Position numbers and translations under genes: made by a program. DNA of 64,000 nt from Myxococcales bacterium. Its GTDB lineage: Bacteria; Myxococcota_A; Polyangia; Polyangiales; DASUME01. This document shows, one piece after another, positions 9,057-17,330 of this stretch; the first letter of the stretch is position 1; the number at the start of each line of letters is the position of its first letter. The stretch lies in NCBI GenBank assembly GCA_047601445.1, contig JASGJH010000001.1:8320001-8384000 (forward strand), read 5' to 3'. The notes under the pieces were generated by a model. It was given only the letters and a program-made list of their open reading frames with translations, was not told the DNA's origin and did no database searches.

Positions 9057-10226
9057 GTGCAAGACCAGCGTTTCCTTGAGGAACTCAAAAGCTACGTCGG
9101 CTTTAATGACGAACACGCGCGCGCGCTGGCCGAGGTGGGACCCGCCATGGAGCCCTGCTTCCCGGACGTGGTCGAGCGCTTCTACGACGCCATCCAGCAG
9201 AACCCGCGGGCCATGGAGGTCTTCACGGGCGGCGCGCCCCAGATCGAGCGCCAAAAGAACTTCCTGCGCGCCTGGCTCGTGGGCCTGTTCTCGGGGGTCT
9301 ACGATCTCGAGTACCTCCAGCTGCGCGCGCGCATCGGGCGCACCCACGTCCGCATCCGGCTGGACCAGCGGTACATGTTCACCGCCATGAACCTCGTGCG
9401 CGAGGGGTTGCACTTGGGGCTCGAGGCCGCCCAGTGCTCGAACAAGCAGCTGGCGCACGCCGCCATCGACAAGATCTGCGATATCGAGCTGGCTATCATG
9501 CTGCAAACCTACTCGGAGGACTACGCCACGCGCCTGCGCGACAACGAGCGTCTGGTGGCTCTGGGGCAGCTGGCCGGCTTCATCGGCCACGAGCTGCGCA
9601 ATCCCCTGGCCGTGATGGAGACCTCACTGCATCTCCTGAAGAAGCGGCTGCCCGAGACGGATGAGAACGTATTGCGCCATCTGGGCAAGCTGTCGGAGCA
9701 CCTGACCATCTCCAGCAGCATCATCGCTGCGTTGCTCGAGCTGGCCCGCGATCGGCCCGTGGAGCGCGTGCCGGTGCAGCTCGCGACGATGCTGACCGCG
9801 GTGACCGAGACTTTGCCTGGTATGGACACGGTGCAGCTCAGCATCGAGATCGCGCCGGGGTTGCCGGAAGCGAAGCTCGACGACAAGCAGATGCGTCACC
9901 TGGTGGGCAACCTGGTGACCAACGCCATTCAGGAGCTCGATGGGTTGCCGCCCGAGGCCCCGCGTCGCGTGGTGATCCGTGCGCGGCGCGACAAGGACGT
10001 GCTGCTGCTCAGCGTGGACGACTCCGGCAAGGGCATTCCCGAGGCCATCCGCCATCGCCTGTTCGAACCCCTCGCGACCACCAAGGCCAAGGGCCTCGGG
10101 CTCGGGCTCGCGCTGTGTCGCCGCATCGCCGAGAAGCACCAGGGGCACATTCGCGCGGTCAGGAGCCCTCTGGGTGGCGCGTCGTTCGAGGTCTATTTGC
10201 CGGGGTCGTTCTCGGAGGGCGCATGA
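9057..10226 (+). CDS. Globin (protoglobin)-coupled histidine kinase, GcHK/NmpU-like; start uncertain
   Basis: EELKSYVGF..ERFYDAI..RIGRTHVRIRL globin; H-box GHELRNPL; N, G1 and G2 boxes. Confidence 0.9.
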   Translation: MQDQRFLEELKSYVGFNDEHARALAEVGPAMEPCFPDVVERFYDAIQQNPRAMEVFTGGAPQIERQKNFLRAWLVGLFSGVYDLEYLQLRARIGRTHVRIRLDQRYMFTAMNLVREGLHLGLEAAQCSNKQLAHAAIDKICDIELAIMLQTYSEDYATRLRDNERLVALGQLAGFIGHELRNPLAVMETSLHLLKKRLPETDENVLRHLGKLSEHLTISSSIIAALLELARDRPVERVPVQLATMLTAVTETLPGMDTVQLSIEIAPGLPEAKLDDKQMRHLVGNLVTNAIQELDGLPPEAPRRVVIRARRDKDVLLLSVDDSGKGIPEAIRHRLFEPLATTKAKGLGLGLALCRRIAEKHQGHIRAVRSPLGGASFEVYLPGSFSEGA

Positions 10227-10618
10227 AACGTTGCGCTGTCATCGTGGATGACAATCGTGCGTTGGCCGAAGATCTCGGGGAGATCCTGCATTCGGAGGGT
10301 TTCGATGTGCGGGTGTTCTTCGATCCGGTGGTGGCCTCACAGACCTGCGATGGGCTGAACTTTCAGCTCGCCTTGCTCGATGTGCGCATGCCCGGGATGG
10401 ACGGAGTGGAGTTGTATCGTGTGCTCTCGCGCAAACATCCCGGTGCCCACTTCATCCTGATGAGCGCCTACGCCGACGACCGTCGCCTCAAGCAGGCGCT
10501 GGACGAGGGCGTGACGCGCATTCTCACCAAACCGCTGTCGGTGCCCGAGCTGGTCAAGCTCGTGCAGAACGTGGTCGACACGGAGGACGTTCCCGTCGGT
10601 TCCGGGGGCTCTACGTGA
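10223..10618 (+). CDS. Single-domain response regulator
   Basis: IVDDN, LLDVRMPGMDG, MSAY, KP; ATGA coupling. Confidence 0.92.
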   Translation: MKRCAVIVDDNRALAEDLGEILHSEGFDVRVFFDPVVASQTCDGLNFQLALLDVRMPGMDGVELYRVLSRKHPGAHFILMSAYADDRRLKQALDEGVTRILTKPLSVPELVKLVQNVVDTEDVPVGSGGST

Positions 10619-12111
10619 GCGATCGGGTGTTGGTGGTGGAGGACAACATCGCGCTGGCGGAGAACGTCGCGGAGATGTTGGGGGAGACGGGGGTCGACGT
10701 CGCGCTGGCGCGGGACCCGGCGAGCGCGCTGAGGTTGGCCGAGGAGCGCGGTTTCGAGATCGCCATCGTGGACATCGGACTTGGCGGCAAGGAGAGCGGC
10801 CTCGACCTGATCCCCAAGCTGAGGCGCTCGAGCGCGCACGGCGAGATCTTGCTGATGACGGGCAACGCGTCCCTGCAAAGCGCGATTCAAGCCATTCGTA
10901 GTGGCGTCTACGCCTATGTCACCAAGCCCTTCGAACCCGAGCAATTCACCACCCTGGTGGAGCGCGCGCTTGCCCAGGTGGCGCTCAAGCGCGAGAAGCA
11001 CGGGCTGGCCCAGCGTCTGGCGGCCTCCGAGGCGCTCTATCGTGGCGTGGTCGACGCGGCCGAAGCGTGCATCTTGGGCATCGACGCAGAAGGGGCGATC
11101 CGCTTCGCCAATCCGTTCGCGCTGGAGCGCTTGGCCCAGACCCCCACGGGCTTGTTGGGGCGCGACTTTCTCTCGCTGGCTGCGCCGGAGTCCTTGTCGC
11201 TCGTGCGCAAGGCCATCGCCAGCGCCACGGCGGGAGAGTCGGTGCGCGAGCAGGAGGTGCGACACGGCGGCGGCCCCGTGCGCATCATCCGCTGGACGTT
11301 CACTCCGCTCGCGCGCGGGCACTGGGAGAGCAATGTCGTGGTAGGTGCTGGCGGTGACGGCGCGGTGGTGCTCGCGGTGGGCATCGACCTGACGGATCGG
11401 CTCGAGCTCGAGCGCAAGAACGCGGAAGGCGAAGCGATGGCAGCCATGGGCACACTCGCCACGAGCCTTGCGCACGAGATCCGCAATCCGCTCAATGCGG
11501 CCAAGCTCCAGCTCGAGCTCATGGTGCGGCGGGTGGCCAAGATCAGCGGCGAACACACGGCCCAGCTCACGGCCCCCGTGGAGGTGGTGCGCACCGAACT
11601 CGCGCGCCTCTCCACCTTGCTGGACGAGTTCCTGAGCTTGGCGCGTCCCCGCCAGCTCGTGCGGCGTCCGTGCTCCATCAAGGAGTTGTTCGACGGCGTC
11701 ACGATCCTCACGGCCCCGCTCACGCAGAGCCTCGGGATCGACGTGTCTGCGGAGATCGAAGGCGGAGAGATCGCGTTTCAGGCTGATCCCGACAAGCTCA
11801 AGCAGGTGCTGATCAACCTGGTGGGTAACGCGGTCGAGGCCATGCGTGACCTGCCGCAGCCTCACAAGCGTATCGAGCTGGGCGCGAGTGTGGCCGACTC
11901 GGCCATCGTGATCTCGGTGTCCGACAACGGCCCTGGCGTGTTGCCCGAGATCGCCCGCACGGCGTTCGACGCGTTCGTGACCAGCAAGCCCGCCGGCACC
12001 GGCCTAGGGCTCGCCATCGTGCAGCGCATCGCCTCCCAGCACGGCGGCCGCGCTGAGCTCCTTGCGCGCGCGACGGGCGGCACCGAGGCCCGACTGATCA
12101 TTCCAAGATAG
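10615..12111 (+). CDS. Hybrid REC-PAS-histidine kinase (NmpS-like)
   Basis: VLVVEDN..VDIGL..KPF receiver, PAS, AHEIRNPLN, NLVGNA, DNGPG, GTGLGL. Confidence 0.92.
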   Translation: MSDRVLVVEDNIALAENVAEMLGETGVDVALARDPASALRLAEERGFEIAIVDIGLGGKESGLDLIPKLRRSSAHGEILLMTGNASLQSAIQAIRSGVYAYVTKPFEPEQFTTLVERALAQVALKREKHGLAQRLAASEALYRGVVDAAEACILGIDAEGAIRFANPFALERLAQTPTGLLGRDFLSLAAPESLSLVRKAIASATAGESVREQEVRHGGGPVRIIRWTFTPLARGHWESNVVVGAGGDGAVVLAVGIDLTDRLELERKNAEGEAMAAMGTLATSLAHEIRNPLNAAKLQLELMVRRVAKISGEHTAQLTAPVEVVRTELARLSTLLDEFLSLARPRQLVRRPCSIKELFDGVTILTAPLTQSLGIDVSAEIEGGEIAFQADPDKLKQVLINLVGNAVEAMRDLPQPHKRIELGASVADSAIVISVSDNGPGVLPEIARTAFDAFVTSKPAGTGLGLAIVQRIASQHGGRAELLARATGGTEARLIIPR

Positions 12112-12577
12112 GTCGCGCGGCGTGTCTGCTCTGGCGAGCCTGCATGCGCCCGATGATGTCGGCCTTGGTGGGCGTGAGCAAGCTCTGGTCGGCCAGCGGA
12201 TGCAGTAGCTTCTGATCGCGTACCGCGTGACCATGCAAGAGCGATAGGAACGTCGCGCAGACGTGTGGGTCGAGCTCGCGGAGCGCGATTCGAAACGCGA
12301 GGTTGTCGAGCTGGGCACGGATCTCGTGGTGCTCGGCACGCAGGTGAGTGGCGTCGACGGGGGCACAGAGCTCGAGCAACGGCAACATGAGCTCCTCCTC
12401 CAAGTTCAGGCGTGAGCGCAGCTCCTCGCTGGCGAGCGCCAAGTCGTGGCGCGCATCGGCGCACTCGGGATCGACGGTGAGTAAAGCCAGGAGGCTCTCG
12501 AGGGTATCGGCGAGATCAAGGTTGTCTCTATGTAGTGCCTGTCGGAACTCGGACTGGAGACTCGATGACTCGAACAT
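12098..12577 (-). CDS. Hemerythrin/HHE-like helical protein, degenerate ligands
   Basis: EEELMLP, LRAEHHEI and HAVRDQKLLHP pattern; GGAGAAGGA RBS. Confidence 0.65.
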   Translation of the reverse strand: MFESSSLQSEFRQALHRDNLDLADTLESLLALLTVDPECADARHDLALASEELRSRLNLEEELMLPLLELCAPVDATHLRAEHHEIRAQLDNLAFRIALRELDPHVCATFLSLLHGHAVRDQKLLHPLADQSLLTPTKADIIGRMQARQSRHAARPILE

Positions 12578-12670
12578 CGGTCCTTCTCCTTGATGGGTAA
12601 GAGGAGGCGGCTTGCAGGCCGACCTCGCGGATTCGTGACTCTGGTGACGCTAGCGGCCAGGTTCGTCGAA

Positions 12671-12685
12671 GCAACAAGCGTACCC
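12671..12685 (-). promoter_or_regulatory. Putative sigma54 promoter for the hemerythrin-like gene
   Basis: GGGTACGCTTGTTGC on the minus strand. Confidence 0.55.
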
Positions 12686-12726
12686 CCCGTCAGGCTCGTG
12701 CATTCGCGGAGGTAGGCGCTCGACCC

Positions 12727-12771
12727 GCGCACGGATTGCAACCCCGAGCCTTGTCGACGCAAGCTTTGCGC
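12727..12771. promoter_or_regulatory. Paired palindromic enhancer boxes, pair 3
   Basis: GCGCA-CGGAT-TGCAA (12727-12741) and ACGCA-AGCTT-TGCGC (12757-12771), 30 bp offset. Confidence 0.65.
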
Positions 12772-12811
12772 GGACAAACGCCTCCTGGGCCGCCTAGGGG
12801 GGGGCTGGGCG

Positions 12812-12826
12812 TGGCATTGGCCTTGC
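12812..12826 (+). promoter_or_regulatory. Putative sigma54 promoter for the CBS gene
   Basis: TGGCATTGGCCTTGC. Confidence 0.7.
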
Positions 12827-12850
12827 GTGTCCGCCTTGAGGAGGCGGTCC

Positions 12851-13600
12851 ATGACAGAACGCGCGAGTCTGAGCAGCCACGCCGTGGCGCACGTGGAGGC
12901 CTTCGAGGGAGCCCAACAATCGGTGACCCGCGAGTTCGTGCAATGCCCTCGCACGGGGCAGAGCGTCCCCACGAAACGCTGTCTGACCTGTCCGGCCGCA
13001 GTCTCGTTTGCGTATGCGGAGAATGGGAGCCTGAAGGGGGTCACCTGCGGAAGCGTCGCGCCCCCGGCGGGACCCGCTCTGGAGCGACCGAACCAGTTCG
13101 TGCCCTTGCGACGTCTCTCGGTGGCGGACCTGATGAGCCGCAACGTCGTCTGCATGCGTCCACATCTCTCGCTCGACGCCGCGATGCAGCTGTTCCTGGA
13201 GACGGGCTTGCGGGCCGCGCCCGTGGTGAACGAACACGGCGCCGTGCTCGGCATGCTGGAGGAGTCCGATCTGCAGCTCGCAGTGCAGGCCCACGCGGGG
13301 CGTCGCGGCGAAGAAGAGGCGGCGATCTGCGTGGGTGACCTGATGATGCCCGTGGCGTTCGCCGTGCACGAGCACACGCCGGCTACGCAGGCGGCGGGCT
13401 TGATGGTGTATGAAGCGGTGCGGCGCGTGCCCGTGGTCTCGCCGGACGGCACGGTGGTAGGCGTGCTGTCGGCGGCGGATCTCCTGTATTGGCTCGCGCG
13501 CTCGGATGGCTACGTGCTGCCTGCGCCTGGACCGAAGCGAGCTCCTCAGGGCTCGGAGCGGCCGCTGCACGCGCCCATCGCGGACTCACGTGGCCCGTGA
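12851..13600 (+). CDS. CBS-pair protein with N-terminal four-Cys motif
   Basis: C-x11-C-x2-C-x18-C, then VADLMSRNVV..APVV..GML and VPVV..VGVLSAADL; GAGGAGG RBS. Confidence 0.88.
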   Translation: MTERASLSSHAVAHVEAFEGAQQSVTREFVQCPRTGQSVPTKRCLTCPAAVSFAYAENGSLKGVTCGSVAPPAGPALERPNQFVPLRRLSVADLMSRNVVCMRPHLSLDAAMQLFLETGLRAAPVVNEHGAVLGMLEESDLQLAVQAHAGRRGEEEAAICVGDLMMPVAFAVHEHTPATQAAGLMVYEAVRRVPVVSPDGTVVGVLSAADLLYWLARSDGYVLPAPGPKRAPQGSERPLHAPIADSRGP

Positions 13601-13605
13601 CTTGC
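13591..13605 (+). promoter_or_regulatory. Putative sigma54 promoter for the small membrane protein
   Basis: TGGCCCGTGACTTGC. Confidence 0.6.
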
Positions 13606-13697
13606 ACTGATCGCGTTGACTGGCTCGAAGCCACGGGTCGCACTCGAGCGGCTCGGAGTAGAAGCGCGGATGCGCAGCGGCCAGAGGAGCGAACGCC

Positions 13698-13898
13698 ATG
13701 CAGTCGACTGCCACCACGAATTCACTGATCGACACCGCCCACGCTGCCGGCTCACACGCGCGTGACGCCGCATGCTGTCCGAGCGAACCGAGCGAGCGCG
13801 ACCTGCGCGACTCGGGCCCGTGGCTCGTGTTGAGCGCGCCCGTCTGCCTGGCACTCACCGTGATCGCTCTGATCTTCGCTGCCCGCGCGAGCTTCTAG
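13698..13898 (+). CDS. Small protein (66 aa) with C-terminal TM helix
   Basis: GAGGAG RBS, own promoter candidate, hydrophobic WLVLSAPVCLALTVIALIFAA. Confidence 0.55.
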   Translation: MQSTATTNSLIDTAHAAGSHARDAACCPSEPSERDLRDSGPWLVLSAPVCLALTVIALIFAARASF

Positions 13899-14374
13899 CT
13901 CTTGGCGTCCGCGCGCTTGGGACGCGCGATCAAGACGGGACAGGGCGCTTCGCGCGCGAGCCGTGCGGCCACGGACGGACGCAGCATGCGCGCGAACGCA
14001 CCGCGGTCTTGCGTGCCCACGATCAGGAGATCGGCGTCGCGCTCGATGGCGGCCTGCGTGAGTCCCGCGGCGGGCTTGCCGATGACCGCGGAGGCGCTGA
14101 GCTCGAGGGACATGCCCTCGGGCATGTAAGCCGCGCACGCAAGCTGCGCGCGACGACGCAAGAGCAGCGGGGCGTCCGTCATGACCCGCTCGAGCGCCGC
14201 GTCTCGTGATTCCCCTTCGCCGGGGACGACGTCGCGGGGGTCGATCACCAGCACTGCATGGATGCGGGCACCCGGACAGTACTCGGCCAAGTGAAAGGCC
14301 GTGATCAGCGCGTCGTCGGCACGCGGTCCGAAATCCACTCCCACCACGAACACCGCTGACTTGTCCTCGAGCAT
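13895..14374 (-). CDS. Universal stress protein
   Basis: FVVGVDFG..ADLLIVGT..SVAARLAREAPCPVLI; paralogous to 4605-5231. Confidence 0.88.
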   Translation of the reverse strand: MLEDKSAVFVVGVDFGPRADDALITAFHLAEYCPGARIHAVLVIDPRDVVPGEGESRDAALERVMTDAPLLLRRRAQLACAAYMPEGMSLELSASAVIGKPAAGLTQAAIERDADLLIVGTQDRGAFARMLRPSVAARLAREAPCPVLIARPKRADAKS

Positions 14375-14427
14375 AGGGGCGCGCGTCTCCCACTTGGGTG
14401 GGCGTTGTGCCCACCTGCAGGGAGCAA

Positions 14428-14442
14428 GCACTCCGCATGCCG
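14428..14442 (-). promoter_or_regulatory. Putative sigma54 promoter for the usp gene
   Basis: CGGCATGCGGAGTGC on the minus strand. Confidence 0.5.
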
Positions 14443-14481
14443 GCGCAGAGGACCAGGCAAGTGCGCCCAAGGTGACCGCGC

Positions 14482-15558
14482 TCAGTGCACGTCGTCGAGC
14501 CAGCCGCTGCCGGCGTCGGGCTCGGGCTGCGGCTTCGACGGTTGGCAGCCGTCGATGGGACAGGCAGGCGGGCAGCCGTCCGGATCCTGGCAGTAGGGCC
14601 ATGAGGGCGGGCAGTCGCGGGGCGTGACGTTGACGGTGTTCTCTCCCACTTTGCTGGGCGAGGCGTGCACGAAGGAGACGATACCGCGACCGAAGCCCGC
14701 GTCGCCGAACACCGCGCGCTTGACCCAGACGTCATACACCACGCGGAAGTCCCAGGTGCTGGCGTTGGGATTGGGCGTGTAGTCGGCGTCCGTGGCGGGC
14801 GAATCCTCGAGGTAGCTGCCGAACATGCAGGCGTTCAAGTTGCGGTCGAGGGAGCTGCTGGCGGCCACGACGTCTGCGGCGGATCCCACGAGCATCTTGC
14901 CTTCGCCACCCGTGACACCGAGGCATGCGTAACCCGAGGGCGCCGTGTTGGTTTGTGACAGATAGTCCAGCTTGAACTGCATGCGCAGCGCGTTGTTCGC
15001 GTCATAGAGCTGGAACTCGGCGTGGTCGCTGCCGACGAGATCCATGAAGGTGTGGCCCTTGGGACCCTTCGGGGGCTTGGCCATGCCCGGCATCATCATG
15101 GCGCCGCCCGGTGCAGGATTCATGGCTTGCGCGCTGCCCCAGCCGATGGCGTTCGCGCCGTAGGTGTTGTCGACGAAGTCGGGGTTGAAGGTGAGGCGCA
15201 CGTGCACGAGCTCGGTGTCCGCGGCGGCCTCCAGGACCCACTCGATCATCGCGGCGGGCACCGCGGGATCATCGGCGTAGAAGCAGAGCTCCGAAGATTG
15301 CGCGCCCGGGACGGGTCCGGTGGTGCCGCCTGGAGCCGGGCCGGGCTTGTCGCAAGTGACGGTGTCGATCCCTGCCGCAATGGAGTATCCGGCGCTGCCG
15401 GTGCCGGCGCCCGGGAATTGCGGGCCCAGGAACTGCACTTTTCCATGCCCCGACAGGGGCTTTCCCGCGTGGTCGGGATCGGCGTCACCGCAGCCCGCGC
15501 CGACGGCACAGCAGGCGAGTGCGGCGAGCAAACGGTGTTGAATCCTCTGGCTTCCCAT
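14482..15558 (-). CDS. Hypothetical lipoprotein, Cys-containing
   Basis: Signal ending GAGC; GGAGG RBS; strong GC3 codon bias. Confidence 0.8.
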   Translation of the reverse strand: MGSQRIQHRLLAALACCAVGAGCGDADPDHAGKPLSGHGKVQFLGPQFPGAGTGSAGYSIAAGIDTVTCDKPGPAPGGTTGPVPGAQSSELCFYADDPAVPAAMIEWVLEAAADTELVHVRLTFNPDFVDNTYGANAIGWGSAQAMNPAPGGAMMMPGMAKPPKGPKGHTFMDLVGSDHAEFQLYDANNALRMQFKLDYLSQTNTAPSGYACLGVTGGEGKMLVGSAADVVAASSSLDRNLNACMFGSYLEDSPATDADYTPNPNASTWDFRVVYDVWVKRAVFGDAGFGRGIVSFVHASPSKVGENTVNVTPRDCPPSWPYCQDPDGCPPACPIDGCQPSKPQPEPDAGSGWLDDVH

Positions 15559-15643
15559 TGCATCCTCCAGCGCTTCACAGGTGCCCAGCGCGGGTCCCGT
15601 GGCATCGAATGAGGACCATGAGTCACCTGGGTGTTCGAAAGTG

Positions 15644-16591
15644 ATGAAGGCTTTCGTCCTGTGGATGACGATTCTTGGTTGGGGCCTGGCGGCGAGCCTT
15701 TCGCGAGCGCAGACCGGGGACTCCGAGCTCGTGTTGCTCGAGGTCTCCGAGGCCGACGCGGAAGACGCGCAGCACCTGGGTGAGCTCCTCGATCGCCCGG
15801 CGCGCGTGGTCCGGCTGCCTGCGACGGAGGCCGACCCGGTGGCCTATGCGCGCGCGTTCAGCGAGAGCGACGTGCTGGTGCTCGATCGCGCTCAGCACCG
15901 AGTCTCGTTGCTGCCGGCGCGATCGGGGCGCGGCGGCGGCGGCGAAATCCTCACGCGCAACACCGACAAGGCCGTCGCTAGCTCTTCCTATGCGGTGTCA
16001 TTCGTGGCGGCGGAGCTGCTGACCATCGTCGCCCACTTACGTGCCGAACGCGCTGCACGCTTCGGCTTCGCGGGGGCCTGGCTTCAAGGCTCGGCCGATG
16101 TCTTCTGGGGCTCCGGCGTGTACGCGGGGATGTGGCGACCGGCCGTGGCGCTTGGTACGCGCTGGTCGCGGCCCGAGGCGCGGCTCGGACTCGCGGTCGA
16201 GCTCGCGGCCGCGTTCGCGGGTCGCGCGCAGGAGCAGGCGGGCTTCGGTGCAGTGGACCTGGTGCGGAACGACCTGGACCTGCGTATGGGTCCCACCTAC
16301 CGCCGCGGACGGGTCACGCTACTCGGCTTGGCCGAGCTCGGACTCGCCCTGCGGCGCGCGGAGTACAGCGGACCCGGGGGCAGCACCGAGCGCGCGGTAG
16401 GGCCTACGCTGGGGGCGCTGGCTCGGGTGCAATGCGGCGTTTTGCCATGGCTTTTCCTGTTCGCGGAGGGCTCGGTCGCGGGCTTGCTCGCGCGCGCGGA
16501 CTTCGCCGTCCAGGGCATGAGCGTGCTACGGGAGAGTGCCTGGTATGGGCGCGCGGGGGTAGGGCTGGGCTTCGCCTTCGAAGCGCGCTGA
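15644..16591 (+). CDS. Secreted protein with probable C-terminal outer-membrane beta-barrel
   Basis: Signal peptide; amphipathic strands ending GVGLGFAFEAR. Confidence 0.7.
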   Translation: MKAFVLWMTILGWGLAASLSRAQTGDSELVLLEVSEADAEDAQHLGELLDRPARVVRLPATEADPVAYARAFSESDVLVLDRAQHRVSLLPARSGRGGGGEILTRNTDKAVASSSYAVSFVAAELLTIVAHLRAERAARFGFAGAWLQGSADVFWGSGVYAGMWRPAVALGTRWSRPEARLGLAVELAAAFAGRAQEQAGFGAVDLVRNDLDLRMGPTYRRGRVTLLGLAELGLALRRAEYSGPGGSTERAVGPTLGALARVQCGVLPWLFLFAEGSVAGLLARADFAVQGMSVLRESAWYGRAGVGLGFAFEAR

Positions 16592-16700
16592 GTTTGGCGG
16601 CGGTGTAAGGCCGCGGCCGACGCAGAAAATTTTCGGGCCCTTCATCATTTTCGCCAGCTCGGGTGACTCATCTCATGTGCTCCAGGTGGTCCCGGCTTCG

Positions 16701-17330
16701 ATGGTGTTCGCGCTCGGTTCGGCTCGCTTCGGTGGCCTGGTGAGCGGTCTCGTGGGTTCGAGCGAAGACGAATGGGTACGGCGTGCGCAACGGGGCGAGC
16801 CGGAAGCGCTGGCTTGGCTGGTGCGCACCCACGGCCCGCGCCTGCAGCGCCTGTTCCTGCGTGTGTTCGGTCCCCGCGCGGATCTGGAGGACCTGGTGCA
16901 GAACACCTTCCTCGAGTTGCTCCACGCGCTGCCTGGCTTCCGCCACGAGAGCACGTTCTCCACGTTTCTCACCGGCATCGCCGTACGCGTCGGTCGCCGC
17001 GCCCTGCGCCCGAGTCGCGTGGTGCAGTTGGCCGTCGATGTCTCGCGGGCCGACGGCGTCGAGCATGCTGCGAGTGGCCCGGACGAGAAGGCGCGCGCCA
17101 GCGAGCTCCTGCGCCGCGTACATCAGCTGTTGGCAGAGGTCGCCGAGCCCAAGCGCGTGGCTTTTCTCTTGTGGGCTGTCGAAGGTTTGCCGCCGAGCGA
17201 GGTCGCCGACGCCATGCAGGCTTCCCTTTCGGCCACCCGATCACGCATCTTCTATGCACAGAAGGAGCTCCTGGCCGCGGCGCGTCAGGATCCCTATCTG
17301 TGCGAATGGCTCGAGGAGCACAGGCCATGA
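16701..17330 (+). CDS. ECF sigma-70 factor
   Basis: EDLVQNTF, FRHESTFSTFL, EVADAM..TRSRIFYA. Confidence 0.9.
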   Translation: MVFALGSARFGGLVSGLVGSSEDEWVRRAQRGEPEALAWLVRTHGPRLQRLFLRVFGPRADLEDLVQNTFLELLHALPGFRHESTFSTFLTGIAVRVGRRALRPSRVVQLAVDVSRADGVEHAASGPDEKARASELLRRVHQLLAEVAEPKRVAFLLWAVEGLPPSEVADAMQASLSATRSRIFYAQKELLAAARQDPYLCEWLEEHRP

